Origin: the human T2T-CHM13v2.0 reference genome, Homo sapiens
DNA: 64,000 bases
Reading direction: 5' to 3' (one strand)
Assembly (NCBI RefSeq): GCF_009914755.1
Contig: NC_060948.1
In this document: piece after piece, positions 1 through 14,342 of the stretch
Numbering within the stretch: position 1 is the first letter of the stretch
Layout: every line of letters begins with the position of its first letter
Translations under genes and position numbers: made by a program
Notes under the pieces: model-generated
The model's database searches: none
Told to the model about the DNA's origin: nothing
What the model saw: only the letters and a program-made list of their open reading frames with translations

Positions 1-3000
1 CTCTTCAGAATTAGAGATTATGGGAAAGGTTGAGCCCATGGATGTTAACTGGCATATATTAAAGGATAAGGACATAACTCCCCAATGGGAGGATGAGACC
101 TTGGTTTGGTGTAGCAGGTTTCCTTCTATTGACCCATGAATTTTAAAAGAGGTCTCAGGTAGGAATTTGGGGTTATAACACATATAAGTCTAGCCATTTC
201 CTGGGTCACAGACTGAGTAGTTTCGTTGTGAGTACAAGTTTCTAGGTGGGTCCCTGTACACTTTTAATAAGTGTGATATAACAGGGTTTTGGTTATGGTG
301 CTCCCTGACCATATTGTTAGTGCAGTGTGGGCACTCTTCTCTGGTCTCCTTTTCTGAAACAAATAAGGGGAGTATTATAGTTAGGAGGAAAAGAAGTGGG
401 CTTAGCTTTCCTATTGCCTGGAATAGGAAATAAGTAAAGAGTAACATGTTTATACCAGGGAGGAAAAGAAGAAGTTTTTACACAGGGGAGGAGGTTGAGC
501 AAAGTGAGAGAACAATAGTAAAACAATGATTGGATTTAAGATTTTTATCACTATTTTATTATATTTTACTCCAGCTTCAAACGTACGTACAGTAGTCAGC
601 TTCCAGGATGACTACAGCAGGGCTGTTGACTCCTCAAGTTTTAGCTGAGAACAGACTAGTCAGCTTTCGGAATGACCAGAGTAGGGCTTCATCATTTCTC
701 AGGGCAAATAGGTCATAGGATTAGCCAGCTCAGATGGTCTGGGTCATGTTTGCTGGTCCACTTGTCTTGGGCTGCAAGTTTTAGTTGACTGTGGTGGATC
801 CAACGCACAATTTCTGCAATGTTAACAGCAGTGGAAGTGGACAAGGTTGCAGGATGGGGCCCATCCCATATGGGTTCTAGAGTGGTTGGATTTTATTTCT
901 GACCTACACAGAGTCCCCAGGTCTAAAGTGGTGTGCTGTGTTTGTTGGGCTTATGGACAATCTTTCCCATACCCAGCCATGGACCTCTTGCATGGCTCTC
1001 TTTAACGCCTGCCTTTGCCTTCTTAAAGTTAATTCCCTAGTTTGCAAAGTTCACCCCTAATTTGAGCTATGATTGGGGATGGCCAGTGGAAAATAGTCCC
1101 TGAACTGTCTCGGTCACAAATTTCAGTCCATTTTCTGACCCTAGAGTTAGAGGCATTCTCAATCTGGGGATATCGTCTCTTAACAGTACTTCTGTTACTT
1201 CTCATGATTTCTCTGTTAGGGTGGGGAAAGCCTCAACTCATCCTGAAAAGGTACAGAAAATCACCAGTATGTACTTACAGCCCACTGATTGGGGCATCTC
1301 AGTGAAGTTTCTAAGAAGGTTTTCACAGGGTGTGGCTCCCATTTCCTGAATTCCCAGGGGCCAAGTGGGCCCTTGTCATGGAATGTTCTGGGCACAAGTT
1401 AGACATTGTTTGCAGACAGATCAAGTGATGACAGTGAGCTGTGGCACATAGAAATGGTGTCCTAGCAGTGTTTTCAGTGACATTTTTCCCATGTGGGTTC
1501 CTTGATGGAATTGTTTTACAAATTTTGGGGCCAGCATTTCGTGGTTGGCTAGCCTCCTATTGGAGAATTTTCACCGTCCCTTTTTATATATTTTCCAGAC
1601 CCTTGGGAAAAGCAGAGCTTCTCATTTGGAGGTAACTTGAAACCTCTGAGAGGTGCATATTTGGGAGGAGAGTCAGCTATGGCTGTCTGTCTGTCTATGG
1701 GTAGTCATTGCTGCCCCTTTTGCATACCTGTCTACCTTTTTGTTCCTTTTGGCCTCCAGTGATCCTGGCTTTTGGTGCCCCTTGCAGTGCATAGCAGCTG
1801 TCTTCTTTGGAGTCCATACAGCATCTAAGAGTTGCAGAATTTTTTCTTTGTACTTTTTTTTCTTTTTGGCCCACCACAGTTAAGAATCCTTTTTCTTTAT
1901 ATATAGCCCCATTATCAGGCAGCGTGGCAAAAGTATACTTGGAATCAGTATAAACATTGGCCATTTTACGTTTTGTCAGCAGAACGCTCTCATTAGGGCT
2001 ATTAGCTCTGCCTTTTGGGCTGATGTTCTGGTGGGCTGAGCTTCTACCACTGAATCTAATGTTATCACTGCATACCCAGTTTCACGGACCCCTTTCAGTA
2101 TATAGTATTTACCATCTGGGTCCCAGAGGGGTTGCTCTATAAGGTCTTTCTGGCTTGAGAATACATCATCTACTGTTTCCACAGAGTCATGAAGGAGGAC
2201 CCCTGGTTTGACTGGGACTAAGGTAGCCAGGTTAAGGGTGTTTATTATTTCCAAAGTTATGTCGGGATTTTTGCATATGAGCCCCTGGTACTGAGTCACT
2301 CTTGGATTTGATAACTAATAGTGCGCTGTCTAATCCATTAAAGTTAGAACTGACTGTGGTATACCCAGATGGTCAGCTGTTGTCTTAGAGCTAGTTTTCT
2401 ATCTTGTTGTTCCAATAGGGTGGTGTCAGCTAGTGCCCTAAGGCAAGGAGGCTATGCTAGGGCCAAGGAGTTCAATTGTGTGGATAAGTACATCACCGGG
2501 CGAATTCATGATTTCACAACTTGGGTCAGGACACCTATAGCCAATCCCTTTTATTCATGGACATGTGGAAAGAAAGGCTTACTTATATTTGGCAGTCCTA
2601 TGGCTTGGGCCTGTGTTAAGGCTTCTTTGGCTTGTTTAAACACCTTCTTTTCCTGGACAGCCTCTCAAAGGAGGGGTTTCCTTTCCCCTCTCTTTGTGCC
2701 TTTATATAAGGGCTTGGCAATTAGTGAGAAATTTGGGACCCAGATACAGCAGAACCCTGCATTCCCCAAGAATTTTCCCATTTGGCACTGGGTGGTTTGA
2801 GTTGAGAGTGCATAAAGACATGGCTTTTGCTCACTGCTGAGCTGGTGTTCCCATTGGCTTACTATGAAGTCCAGATATTTGACACTTTCTTGGCAAATTT
2901 GGCCTTCTTTCTGAATACGTTATAACCAGTTTTCCATAAAGGAGATGGAGGAAGTCTTGGATTCCTTGGTATCTGCCCCCTGGGGTTGGGGCTGCTAGGA

Positions 3001-6000
3001 GAAGGTCGTTTATGTATTGTAGCAAGGTGTAGTTGTCATTTGGTGTGGTGAAGGCCTTGATGTCTGAGGCCAGTGTGTCTCCAAAGATTGTAGGAGTGTT
3101 TTTGAATCTTTGTGGGAGTCTAGTCCATGTGAGCTGCTCCCCTGTGCCTGTGACTCAATCGTCCCATTGAAATGCAAAGATGGGCTGACTAATTGGTGCC
3201 AGGCACAGATAGAAGAAAATATTCTTTAAGTCTAGTCAAGTAAATCAGGCAGCACTTGCCAGAATGAATCTTATTAGCATGTACGGATTTGGTATCACCA
3301 GGTGGAAGGTTACAGTAGCCTGGTTCATTTCATGTAAGTTTTGCACTGGTTTAGATTTACCAGACTCTGTATTTTGTTTTGGTAGCAGTGGAGTGTTCCA
3401 GGGTGACTCACACCAGACTACCAGACTAAGATTCTGTGTTTGAAGGGTCACTTTAAATGTTTGTGAATACCCCGCGTGTCTTCTCAGAGAAATAGGTATT
3501 GGTGAACCTGAACTGGAGTTGCTCCTGGTTTTAGCTTTACTATTATCAGTGCCTGATTTACAGCCTTTACAGCCAGGCTCAGTGGGTTATTGTTAGCCCA
3601 TACTCCAAAAATTTTACCCAGTAGTGTAAACACTTTCTCCAGCCCTGGCTTATGAGACAGTTCTGGTGACTGTTTTGTCTATACTCTTCATTCCTCAGCC
3701 TGCAGAATAATGAGGGTTAACACCATGACCTTTGGGTGAGTTAGGCTTAAAGTTATATCCTCGTGTGGCCCAAAAGAAATCTGTGCTGTCAGTTTCTGGA
3801 GCAGATCTCTTCCATGTAGGGGATCTGAGCAACTTGGGAGGTATAGGAATTCATGTTGGACTTCTTGTCCCTCTATGACATACCTTCTAGGCCAGCAAGA
3901 TGGCCTCCTTTCTGGATCCCTTGTAGCCCCAATAATAGTTGTATCATGTTTAGATAGTGGCCCTATGGGCTGTGTCACTACTGAGTGTTTAGAGCTGGTG
4001 TTCACCATAAAGTCCATCTGTTGCTCCCCTACTTCTACTGTGATCATGGGCTCCTGGGGACTTGGGAGATGGAGCCCGGTCTTGCATAGTCTTCCTATTT
4101 TTCGGTCTCTGCCAGCCCAATTAAGTTGATGCCTGGCTCCCTCATGGTGTGGTGGTCCTTGGCTGGCTGTTTGATAGTTTTGTGTCCTCTGTTATTTCTT
4201 TTACTACCCTCTAAACACTTATTTTTCCAGGGACCCCCTTTTTTTGCAGTGCAAATATTGATCTCTATCTAGTCTCAGCTGACTTTTGGGTCTCTGCCCT
4301 GCTTGGCCCCTTCCACATCTGAGTCTGCATCTGCATCTGCTTGTGATGATAGCTTCCCTTTCCATGAGGGCTGCCACTAGTAGATCGGCCTTCTTCCTGA
4401 GTCTCCAATCAGCCTCACTTTGTGCTTTCTGGTCACAGTTAACATACACCTTCGTGGCCAATTCTGAAAGCTGGGTGGCATTCATGCCTGCAAAACCATC
4501 TAGCTTTTGCACTTTTCATCTTATGTCCCCCTGGGCTTGTCCTACAAATGCTGCATTTACTATCTGCTGGTTCTTATCCTTGGGGTCAAATGGAGTGTAA
4601 AGCCAGAATGCCTCAAACAGTTTCTAATAAAACTTGCTAGGGCTCTCGTCAGTTTCTTGAAGCACTTCTGAGATTTTTTCTATATTGATTACCTGTTTTC
4701 TGCCTTCCTTTAGCCTTTGCAAGAGTGGTTTTCAGTATGCCTGCAGATGCTGAAACTGGTCAAATCATCTGGGTCCCAGTGGGAGTGTGCTTCTGGGAAC
4801 TGGACCTGAGAGTATGCCTGGAAATTAAATGTGCCTTCTGGCACATGGGCTTCTGGCCAGTTGAGGGCTGAATGAGCCATCCTTCCATGCTCTTTGGTGT
4901 TAAACAGCATCAGGAGAAGATGTTTACTATCTGGACAAATTGAATTATGTGTCTGGAAAATGGACTGTATCAGATCTATGAGGGCCAGGGGCTTCTTCAT
5001 GTAGGAGAGAATATGGTGTTTCCAGTTAGGGGATCAGTGATTGAAATAGGCTGGTAGATAAGGGTCCATTTCCCCCCTTACGTATGGCCATATTCATCAA
5101 AGTAGAGGCCTCCCCAAGTCTCCTTGAAAGGCATCTGCAGAACCAGGGCATGGCCATAGCAGAGGCAGCTCACTTGATTATTCTGACACTCCTCCTTGAC
5201 CTCCTGGGGCAGGGGCTCTGATTTCTCCCTTTGGGGTGAAACCCAGGGTGTGTCACCATCTGAATTTGACTCCTCATGGGCCATTGGCCTTGGTAAAAGG
5301 GGGCTAATTGGGGTATAGGGAGGAGGGATTTCTGTCTCTTCTGGTGGTTTCCACAAAGCCAGTTTTTCTTGCCCTTCTTATGGCTTTCCCTTTTTCTCCA
5401 TTGCTGCTGGTGAAGCTGATTCCTCTTTCACTTTAGGCTCAGCTTGAGCAACAAGCGTTTTGCAGTAAGCCATCAGGAAAGACTGTAGCCATGCTGGTTG
5501 GGATGATATTTAGCCATAAGTCAATATAAAAAAATTGGTCTGGATACCCTGGCTATTCTCTGACCCCAGTCACCACTTGATGTGCATGGTCAATTATTCC
5601 CCATCTATTGTTCCTTCAGCTGGCCACCCAACACTAAAATAGGGCTTCTCTATTTTACAAAGACTCTTTTACCTCTGGGGAGTCGACTTGATACTACAAT
5701 TCCCAGTGTAACATTTCTTAAACTTTTTAACGTGTATTCTAATATGGTGGGTTTTGACAACTTCCCTCACATCTCCTCCCAGTTATAGTGTCATACACTT
5801 ACTCTTTTACTTTTGCTTCAGAATGATTAGACCACCTCTCCTGTGGGAGTATTTCAGATGATGCTTAGCTTTAATGGATGGTTTGTATAACCCCTGAACC
5901 CAGACCACCACAATCACTAAATTGTGTGGTGCCTGACTAAGCCATATGTGGTAGTTCCGGAGGACATATGCCAGTAATCCTGGTTGGTCCCACACTTCAC

Positions 6001-6442
6001 TTGGGACATATGGTCTATGCTAAGAGACTTGCAGCCCCACATACATCGCCCTACTCTTGCACATGCATTCACACAGTTTCCACTCTCAGTTCCTCTTCAG
6101 AGGTTATGGTGTAGGTTTCATCTGAATTAGAGAGCAAATCTTGTGTCCTGATTTGGATAACTAGATACGCACTGGGAGGTGATCAGACTCCCATTCCATC
6201 TTTATGGTATGGGTCCTTCCTTGGGCCCCAAACCTTCCCATGGTTCAGCAGCATGCTGTCCCTGGAATTGTCCTGTAGCCCCTTAAGTTCCATTGTGCTT
6301 TCGGGGGGTGCACAGGGTCACAGGACATCTGGCCTCTCTTTCAGGTTGAAGTTCTTCTGATGGTGCACCTGGGGTCACAGGTCTTTCCTGGCCTGGAGCT
6401 CCAGTCTGACAGGCAAAAGAAACAGCATACCTGTTGTCTCCA

Positions 6443-6460
6443 ATCCTGGATGAGCTCCCA
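6443..6460 (-). promoter_or_regulatory. Retroviral primer-binding site, tRNA-Pro-like
   Basis: Minus strand reads TGGGAGCTCATCCAGGAT just after the LTR end ...CAACA; close to the tRNA-Pro PBS TGGGGGCTCGTCCGGGAT. Confidence 0.75.
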
Positions 6461-6465
6461 GAAAA

Positions 6466-6590
6466 TGTTGCAGGAATTAAGGAATAGTAGAGACCAGTGG
6501 GTGGAAAAGAAGAATTGTATTGTGTGCACCCTGATTTAACAGATTAACATTTAAACACTGAGCCCCAAACAAAGACAGGGCTTGACTTTT
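6466..6590 (-). mobile_element. U5/R remnant of the 5' LTR (only ~125 bp)
   Basis: Begins TGTTG on the plus strand next to the PBS; shares the ctgagccccaaacaaagac motif with the LTRs at 35280 and 40407; similarity stops at ~6590. Confidence 0.75.
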
Positions 6591-8115
6591 GAGTAGCTTG
6601 GATATTCTCTCTAGAAGTGTTCTTTGGATTTGTGTGTTGGTAGGTCATCCTCTTCTGGTTCATTGACTGGGAGAAAACAGTATTTCCTTGAAGCCCTTTT
6701 TATCTGTGCCTATTGGACTTTGTCAATTAGAAGCTTCTACAGTCCATCATCTGGGATACATGAAAGACCTAAAAATCCCAGTAAATTTACATACTGTCAC
6801 TCTTCAAGTTGTGAAGTCCCTAGAGAAAATGTCTTTCTCTTTCTACTTTTCAGAGTCTGTGTTTCCCTTCTGACATTATGTCAGAAACATTGGTGTGTTG
6901 CAGTGTAACTGGGAATTCTAAAAAGTGAAAGTTATAGAAAGGCTTTTAAAGTATCATGCAAAGAAATCATAGGAAGATAATATTACAGAGAATGGCATGA
7001 TTAGATATACCTACAATGAACTGATTGTATAAAATAAAGTTTTCACCAAAATTAAATAATCTCAAAGAAGTTTTTATAATATATGTGAAATATATGTGAA
7101 ATAGCCAATGATTTATAGCATATAAATAATATAGGACAGTGAAGAAAAGATAGAATACCTTCCATACACTTGGAAAAATAATACCATTGGCAATGTTTTC
7201 AGAAAATGTAAGCAAAAATATGTCTTGCTTCAACTGCAGAAGGGATATAGTAATAACACCTTTCTCAGAGGTTTTCTTTGTTAAGTAACAAGTGATTTGA
7301 TAGAAATCAAGCACTTATTTCTAGCTCTCTGGAGCAAAGTGAAAATTTGCAAAAGCAACTCTCATGACACCCAGAGACTATAAGTGTAAGACAAAATTAT
7401 TTTTTAAAAATTCAAACTCACTATCAAGAAAAACATCATTTCTGAGGTTTGGACTCCAATAATATTGGTTGAGATTAACCTTAGTAGTTTGTTGAAGTAG
7501 TCAATTGAAGAGTAAAGTTGGATATACTCCCAGGAAAGAAACCATTTCTTTGTTCAAGAGGGCTGGACCCCCTGCCTAAATCATTGGTGAAAGTTCATAT
7601 TGCTCAGACATTTAGTGGGAACATTTGAGTCAATACTGAAAGCCATGCCCACAGATACTGGGATCTAACACAGAATGAGGTTTTTACTCAAAGCCATGAC
7701 TTAAAATTTCATATCTCAACCTCTATCCAGTGTGATATTCTAGACTGAAGAGATGATTTTCATATTACCTGAAAGATACAACTACCTTAAAATAAGAAAC
7801 TGGAATAAAATACTAGATTGAACAATTAAGTTCTTAAAAACCTGAAAAGATTAACATAAAACTGCCCACCCACCAATAATAACTTTACATTTAAAAGGTT
7901 AACTTTCATTTACCACTTCAAAGACAACATTGCAAAATCAATGTTGGAAGTTCCATGCCCTAAGAGATAGTCAAGATGCTTAGGGGTCACCCTCAAAAAT
8001 GAAAAGTTAAATCAAAAGAGTCTTCATAATAACTAGGGTTAGGTGTTTTTGGGGATGAAGAAATGGAATCTAAGGGAAAAACAAGTGGGTAACAGGATAC
8101 AAATTTTTTAAATAG

Positions 8116-8467
<352 letters not shown>

Positions 8468-8539
8468 GTTTGTTTTTTATACAGAAGATTCAGCATAAAT
8501 ATAGCAAGAATAAGTAATTTCCTAAGTAGATGTGAAAGT

Positions 8540-8770
8540 AAGGTTGCCAGATGTAGGGGGAAAATACAGGAATTTAAATATCACATTTTAATTTGAAATT
8601 TGGCAATGTATTGACAAACAACAAAGAATTATATTTCAGTATAAGTCTGTCCATGCAATATTGAGAATATTACTAAATTACAAAGCTATTGAGAATTATA
8701 CTAAAATGCTGTTTGTTGTTTATTTAAAATGAAAATGTAACTGGGAATCCTTCATTTTATCTGGTGGCCA
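8540..8770. mobile_element. MER53-like palindromic hAT MITE
   Basis: Termini aggttgccagat...aaaatacagg and ttttatctggtggcc; inverted internal arms acaaacaacaaag / gtttgttgttta. Confidence 0.75.
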
Positions 8771-10026
8771 TACATGAAAGGGAAGTTATGAAAGTTGAGC
8801 TCAGATTAGGAAACTTTCATCTGCATTTAAAAAAAACACCATGAGACAAAAATGTTTAGAAAGGGCAACAGGCAGAATACAAAAATTATCTCTACACAGA
8901 ATATTATTCCACATATGTTTTTGTTACTTAGAGATACATTTTTCAACTTATGAAGACTATGCAAATATCAAAGACCTATCAAAACACCAAGGAAAAGAAG
9001 AATAAAGGTTTCCTTGTTTCCTTTTTTTAGCAAGAAGAATAAATATCCAAATGAAAGAGGTATTACAAGAATTTTTTATGAGGCTAATAAATGTGTTACT
9101 TTGTTAGAAAAAAGTTAACTAACTGGGTTCTACTGATAAGCTAAGAAAGTTTAGAAATATCGTGACAAATGTCAAAAGCAGGAAAAGAAATAAATATGAG
9201 TAAGAAAATTAAATCAACACAATTAGGAAAATAGGTGGCAGGTGGGGAAGGGGAGAGAAGAACTAAGGCAGATATGCCAAAGCAGAGACAAAGAAAATCT
9301 AGGGTAGAACAACTCTCTAATCAGATATTAGTTAGAGAGCTATGAGAGTAACCATATTAGATGTAAACGGTTTATATTTCTGTGTTAAAATATAAAGTAC
9401 TCTAATATTAGATTGAGAAAAAATTGCTTTTACCTAGAAATAATCACCCTGAAATATTGAAAATAAAGGTTTAGAGAAAATCAACAGGTATTTATCAAAA
9501 AAGTAAGGTCACTGATATTATACAAGGCAAAGGAGAGTTTTAAGGAAAATACAAACAATAAAGAGGGATAATAAAATATAATTTATAAGGTAACAGACAA
9601 AATAAGAAATATCAAAATATGAAAATATATTTTAAAGATAATATAACAGTCACAAATTTAAATGTCTCAGCAGCATTGTCTCAACCTACACCTGAGGCAA
9701 ATTTTATGAATATCTATTTATGTAGACAAATCCCAATTGTAGTGAGAGGTGTTTAATATATTACTCACTTAGACTGATGAGTATACAGAAATTTAATAGT
9801 TAATAGATATACTTTGCAATGTTTATGTACTTACTTTTCTTCAGTTTTTTAAAGTGAAGCCTAGTAGTAGAGCACATTTTCAGGATTTGACAGCTCTGCT
9901 AGTAGAGAAAGAATTAATACAGAATAACCCTCATCCCCTTTAACATCAAGTCTATCTAATCTAAGTAGCACCTTGCTTTACCTTCTGACATGCTTACTAG
10001 TCATCATGCTCAACCTTCTTTTCCAG

Positions 10027-12090
10027 ATCCACTTTCTCATGATACTGTCTTCTAACTGGCTTACATGGATGCCAGCAAAATGCAGGCTTACCAGGGTATC
10101 AAAGCAAAGAAAGAACACGAACTGCAAGATATCCAGTTTCTCTAAAAGGAGTAACTCACTTCTTACACATAAATGTTTGCCAGAGTGTTTCAGCCAACAC
10201 ATTGACAGCTCTGACAAATTATCAGACAACTGCTCTGCATTACAGATGTATATCCCACCAAACTAAAGTAGACGTTCAAACACCTTTCTGTCTCAAGCTG
10301 CTGAGATGTAGCTCCCGGAATACCTTCCAGTGAGTACATCTTTTTCTTTAGAGCAAATATTGCAGGTTATATGTTAGCAATTTTAAAAGGTAACACTTTG
10401 ACAAAATGACCTTTCACTCTGGAAATTTGTGGCACATTCACATTTGCTGCTAGAACATTTCTCTCAAGACACTCAATGGAATATGTGATACTCTTTGATA
10501 AGGACCTGTGACATGCCAGCATCAAAAGATGAGATGATAAATTCATATATATGCTATCTATTCTCAAATAAGTGTTACCTACATAGGAAATAAAGTGAAA
10601 TTGGTGTGAAGTTTCAATTCTGACAGCTGGCACTTATTAAACTTTGGCGCATAAGTAACGTGATTCATCTCATGACTTTTTAAATTAGCTTTCTCTCCGA
10701 AGTCCGTGTCCCATTAATTTCCTCAGCCAAGAAGAAAATATTTTTCAATAATCCTAAAAGTAGGTACAATTCTGCTGACTCTACTAGATACTCTAAAAAA
10801 TCTAGATTCAGACTCATTGACAAGAATTCCAGAAGCACTTTTATAATAGGTTTTATTTCAACAAAATACTGATCTAGTTTTTATTATCCTTGAGAAATAA
10901 ATGTCATCTCTGCCTTAAAGAGTATTTGGTATACATTTTTCAGAATTTATATCAAAACCAATGACCTAAATATCTTTCACAGAATTTCGTTCTATGTATT
11001 TTTTTAAATTAAGAATTTTTACCTCACCAAAACAACCACCAGTTTAAACTATTTTTCAGTGCTCTGGGTAAACAGTTTCACATCCACTATCTAAAACCTA
11101 ATTTCAAATTGGCCAAAGATCTGTAACCTTTGACTTCTATAGACTTGAAGATGTAAGTAATTTAAATTAGGGTTGGTATTTCATTTTCTTCTTATCTAAA
11201 TCTTAATTCCTTGGAATAACAAAGTTTGGTGTTGCATAAGAAAACTTCCTGAGTTTAAGACATTTTCAAAAGAAATTTGCCTTCTGCCTTATTGTATTCC
11301 AGATATTCAGTGACTATAGTTACAGTGTGTTAGTGATGGTAAATTCTGTGCAGTTCTTTATGAAATACTCTACATAACTGTTAGGTACATCAGTGTTTTT
11401 CAAATGGGCTGCTTAATACAGGATCCATTGTGTATATTCACCTTAAAATTTAACTTGTGATTTGGCTGTTTCCTGGATTTGAGAGCACCACATGTGCAGA
11501 AATGTACTCAAAATTAAGAAAGGAAGTACAATTTTATATGGATGCTATTAAATTTGAACATCAAGTATCACATGTATCAGTGGGTTTTTCTTTTTTTTTA
11601 TTTTTATTTTTTTGGTTACTCTATAAAAATGCCTGTTTGGGATTTTTTAATTTTAACTGAGAGAAGTTCTCTTCTGTATAGAACAAATATTCCAAAATAG
11701 TTACGTGTTTTGTTTTCCTGTTGCATGACAAAATTAACTATTATTTCCAGCAATGGTGGTGCCTTCAGAGTCCAGTATTGCAGAAGATGTAGTGCCTCAA
11801 GTCTAATTTTAACTTTCTAATTCTGGTAGCTATTGTCAGAAACTTTTGAAAGCTTTGTTTATGTAGCCTTATTTTTTATGTAAAGAGAATTAAATTTTGC
11901 TATGTATAATTTTTTGTAATCTAACAGTTAATCCACATTGTCAATCAGTGTCAAGGGCTTCCTATTGTTCTACTCAAGTGTTACAATAAGTATTTGTAGA
12001 TAATAGTTAATCCTTGTCTATGCTTATTTTAAAGATCTATATTGGTGAAAATAGTTGTGGATATATTAAGAGAAATGAAATAAAAGTATA
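10027..12090 (+). pseudogene. GPM6BP: GPM6B pseudogene: terminal coding exon plus 3' UTR (unprocessed)
   Basis: Acceptor ttcttttccag at 10026, then IHFLMILSSNW / frameshift / DASKMQAYQGIKAKKEHELQDIQ..., in-frame stops, and the original SYT-stop (TAA 10170-10172), matching the recalled GPM6B C-terminus. AT-rich UTR follows; its end (AATAAA ~12079) is approximate. Confidence 0.9.
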
Positions 12091-13067
12091 GCTTCATTCA
12101 CTTGCCTTTTTACTTTATACAAATCTTATCTTTCTTTTTCCCTAGTATGCTGTGACTTTTGAATAATGTGCGTAGTAAAGATTTCACACTGGTGTGGTAG
12201 TCAAGTCTGTGAGTGCTACTTGGTTTATTTCTGGAAAATTTTCTTCAGCCATTTAAGAAAATATTATAATCTACCGGGCTGTACTGGGTATAAAAGTGCC
12301 AAAAGCACTTCTGTAGTTTTCTGTATATAGTAAGTACTTTCCTGACTAGTTTTGAAACAAATAAAAGCCACCTACCTATGAGATTAACAAGGCTTAAACT
12401 TGTGCAAATTACAAGCAATCAGTGCCCATGTGTAGTTGTTTATTTTTCAAATCGATGGTATAAAAATTGAAAGATTTACTCAGAAATATAGAGCAACCAG
12501 TTCTAACAATTACTCTCTAGAGTTGCAGAGCTAAATATGTTACTCAGAGTATTATTATATAATGTTTTTCAACTCCTTATTTGTCAATATAATTCTGAAT
12601 TTGGATTGTCCGCATCTGACCTTTTTTAGTGAGGCCTAGCCTTTGTCACTATTGACACATGCCTACTCTTCATTGAGGTGCTGACTCTGGATCATCATCC
12701 TTTATTCATACATGACAGAAAAACAGTCAACAGTTCAATTAGTGTGCTATTTGTCACCTTCCTTTCTTCCTACTTTTAAGTAGCATTTTGTGCAATTATT
12801 TAAGTCACATGAATAGACAGGAAACTAAATAATACATAGATGTGATCACAGGCAGCCTCTAAATTATCCACAGTGATTCTGCCAAAAAACCTAGGACAAT
12901 CTACAGGTTTCAGTAGAGATTTTTTTTTCCAGTTCTGCATTGTAAACGTTGATTTTTAGAAAATAAAAATGAAATCAATTGTAAAGAAGGAGCCGTGTGT
13001 TTTAAAATTAATGAAACACTTGAAGCCCATTCATTAAGTATGAGGACCAATGGTTCCACAATAAAGA

Positions 13068-13443
13068 TGCTATCTCAGTACCTTCCTGCTGCAATAACAC
13101 AATACATTGGACTGGGTAACTTATAAAACCAGAAGTAAATTTCTTACAGTTTTAGAGACTGAGAAGTCCAAGATCAAGGCATTGATGGTCTCCATGTCTG
13201 GTGAAGGCCTGGTCTCTGCTTCCAAGACGGCACCTTGTTGCTGCCTTCTCTAGAGAGGACAAATACAGTGTCTTCTAATGGTGGAAGGGCTAAAAAGCTT
13301 TGTTAGTTCCATTGAGTTCTTTTATAAGGTCGCTAATTGCTCTCTTATTTGCCTCCCAAAATCTTGAATTTTTACTTCTACCATTCTGGGGTGTTTAAAT
13401 TCCAACATATAAATTCTGGAGGGACACAATTACTAAAGCCACA
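13068..13443. mobile_element. MaLR solo LTR (MLT1A/MST-like)
   Basis: Typical motifs ctgggtaacttataaa, gagaagtccaagatcaagg, tctggtgaaggcc, ttctggagggacaca. Confidence 0.8.
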
Positions 13444-13719
13444 GGCATCAAATGCAAAGACCAGAGGCAATATTGTACTATTTCTAATGCCTAGAAAAAT
13501 CTGTATTTTAGTGTTCAGGTAGAAAACAGAAATGTGCTGGGAAAAATGGCCTCTTGTTTTACAGAAGGCAGCCCAGCTCTTCAGAGGAAAGAACACAGCT
13601 CACCCTTCCCAAATATAGGCCTAGATTTGACAAATAAGATAGGTTAAACACATTTAAAAATTTGAGACCAAAATAAGAATGTTTTTTAAAAAGAACAGCT
13701 CCTTTTAGTGTAATGAATG

Positions 13720-13978
13720 AGACATTTTATGACTGGAAAAGGGGTTTCACTTGACTCGATTATTCTTGGTTCATACACTATAGTATCAAATGCAATTAGG
13801 AAAAAACAAATACACTGGATTACACAGTGATTTCTATCGAGAGTTTTGTCTGATGACAGAGAAACATTTACAAAGGGGTAAATGTTATGTATCTTCTCAT
13901 TATATTTGCAATAGAAGCTGGAGAGCAAACCTGGTTTTCAAGAGTGATCTGGTCCTTCATGAGAAAATCCTGTTCAAT
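13720..13978 (-). pseudogene. OFD1P: OFD1 pseudo-exon 23 (last exon plus 3' UTR)
   Basis: Minus strand TGFSHEGPDHS* versus OFD1 LTGFSHEELDDSW*; UTR cctttgtaaatgtttc...catcagacaaaactc resembles the OFD1 3' UTR. Left boundary approximate. Confidence 0.85.
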
Positions 13979-14275
13979 TACCAAAGGGGAGACAAAAATG
14001 AAAACGTAAAAATTTTGAAAATTTGTGTCAGATTTATTTGGTATCTTTGTAATGTTCTCAATTTATTTTCTGGGGAGTTTCTGGTCTTGCTTATCAATTA
14101 TATTAGGATCAATTTCACAAGTTAGAAAATCCAATCCTTTCTTTTTATAGTCAGTAATTCTGACTGATTCAATAACTTCTTACAGGCAACCTCAAATTTC
14201 TAACCATTTCTTTTGGCTGAAAAAATAAGCAATTAACCGTTCACACATAAAACACAGTGTGGGGAAACCAAGTCC

Positions 14276-14342
14276 ATTTCAACTTTGTCACTAGATTGAA
14301 GCATGTCTATAGGGAGCCTTCCTGAATCACCTTTCTTGAGCT
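14276..14342 (-). pseudogene. OFD1P: OFD1 pseudo-exon 22
   Basis: cag|AGCTCAAGAAAGGTGATTCAGGAAGGCTCCCTA...CAATCTAGTGACAAAGTTGAAA = SSRKVIQEGSL...QSSDKVE; donor mutated to GG. Confidence 0.85.

Larger units (their letters stand above)
1..6590 (-). mobile_element. Degenerate class I (gamma-like) ERV provirus, HERV-E/HERV3/HERV1 group: partial 5' LTR, PBS, gag, pro, pol, start of env (continues off the left edge)
   Basis: Minus-strand ORF fragments: capsid KPLALIDLIQSIFQTHN (4710-5000), LDGFAGMNATQL and a degenerate zinc knuckle (4219-4512), protease FMVNTSSKHSVV (3688-4047), RT SPWNTPLLP and LQYINDLL (2831-3451), RNase H SAQKAELIAL and NVYTDSKY (1695-2299), env-like CPHCT...YSVCDPGNG (190-447). 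Many stops and frameshifts. Confidence 0.93.
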
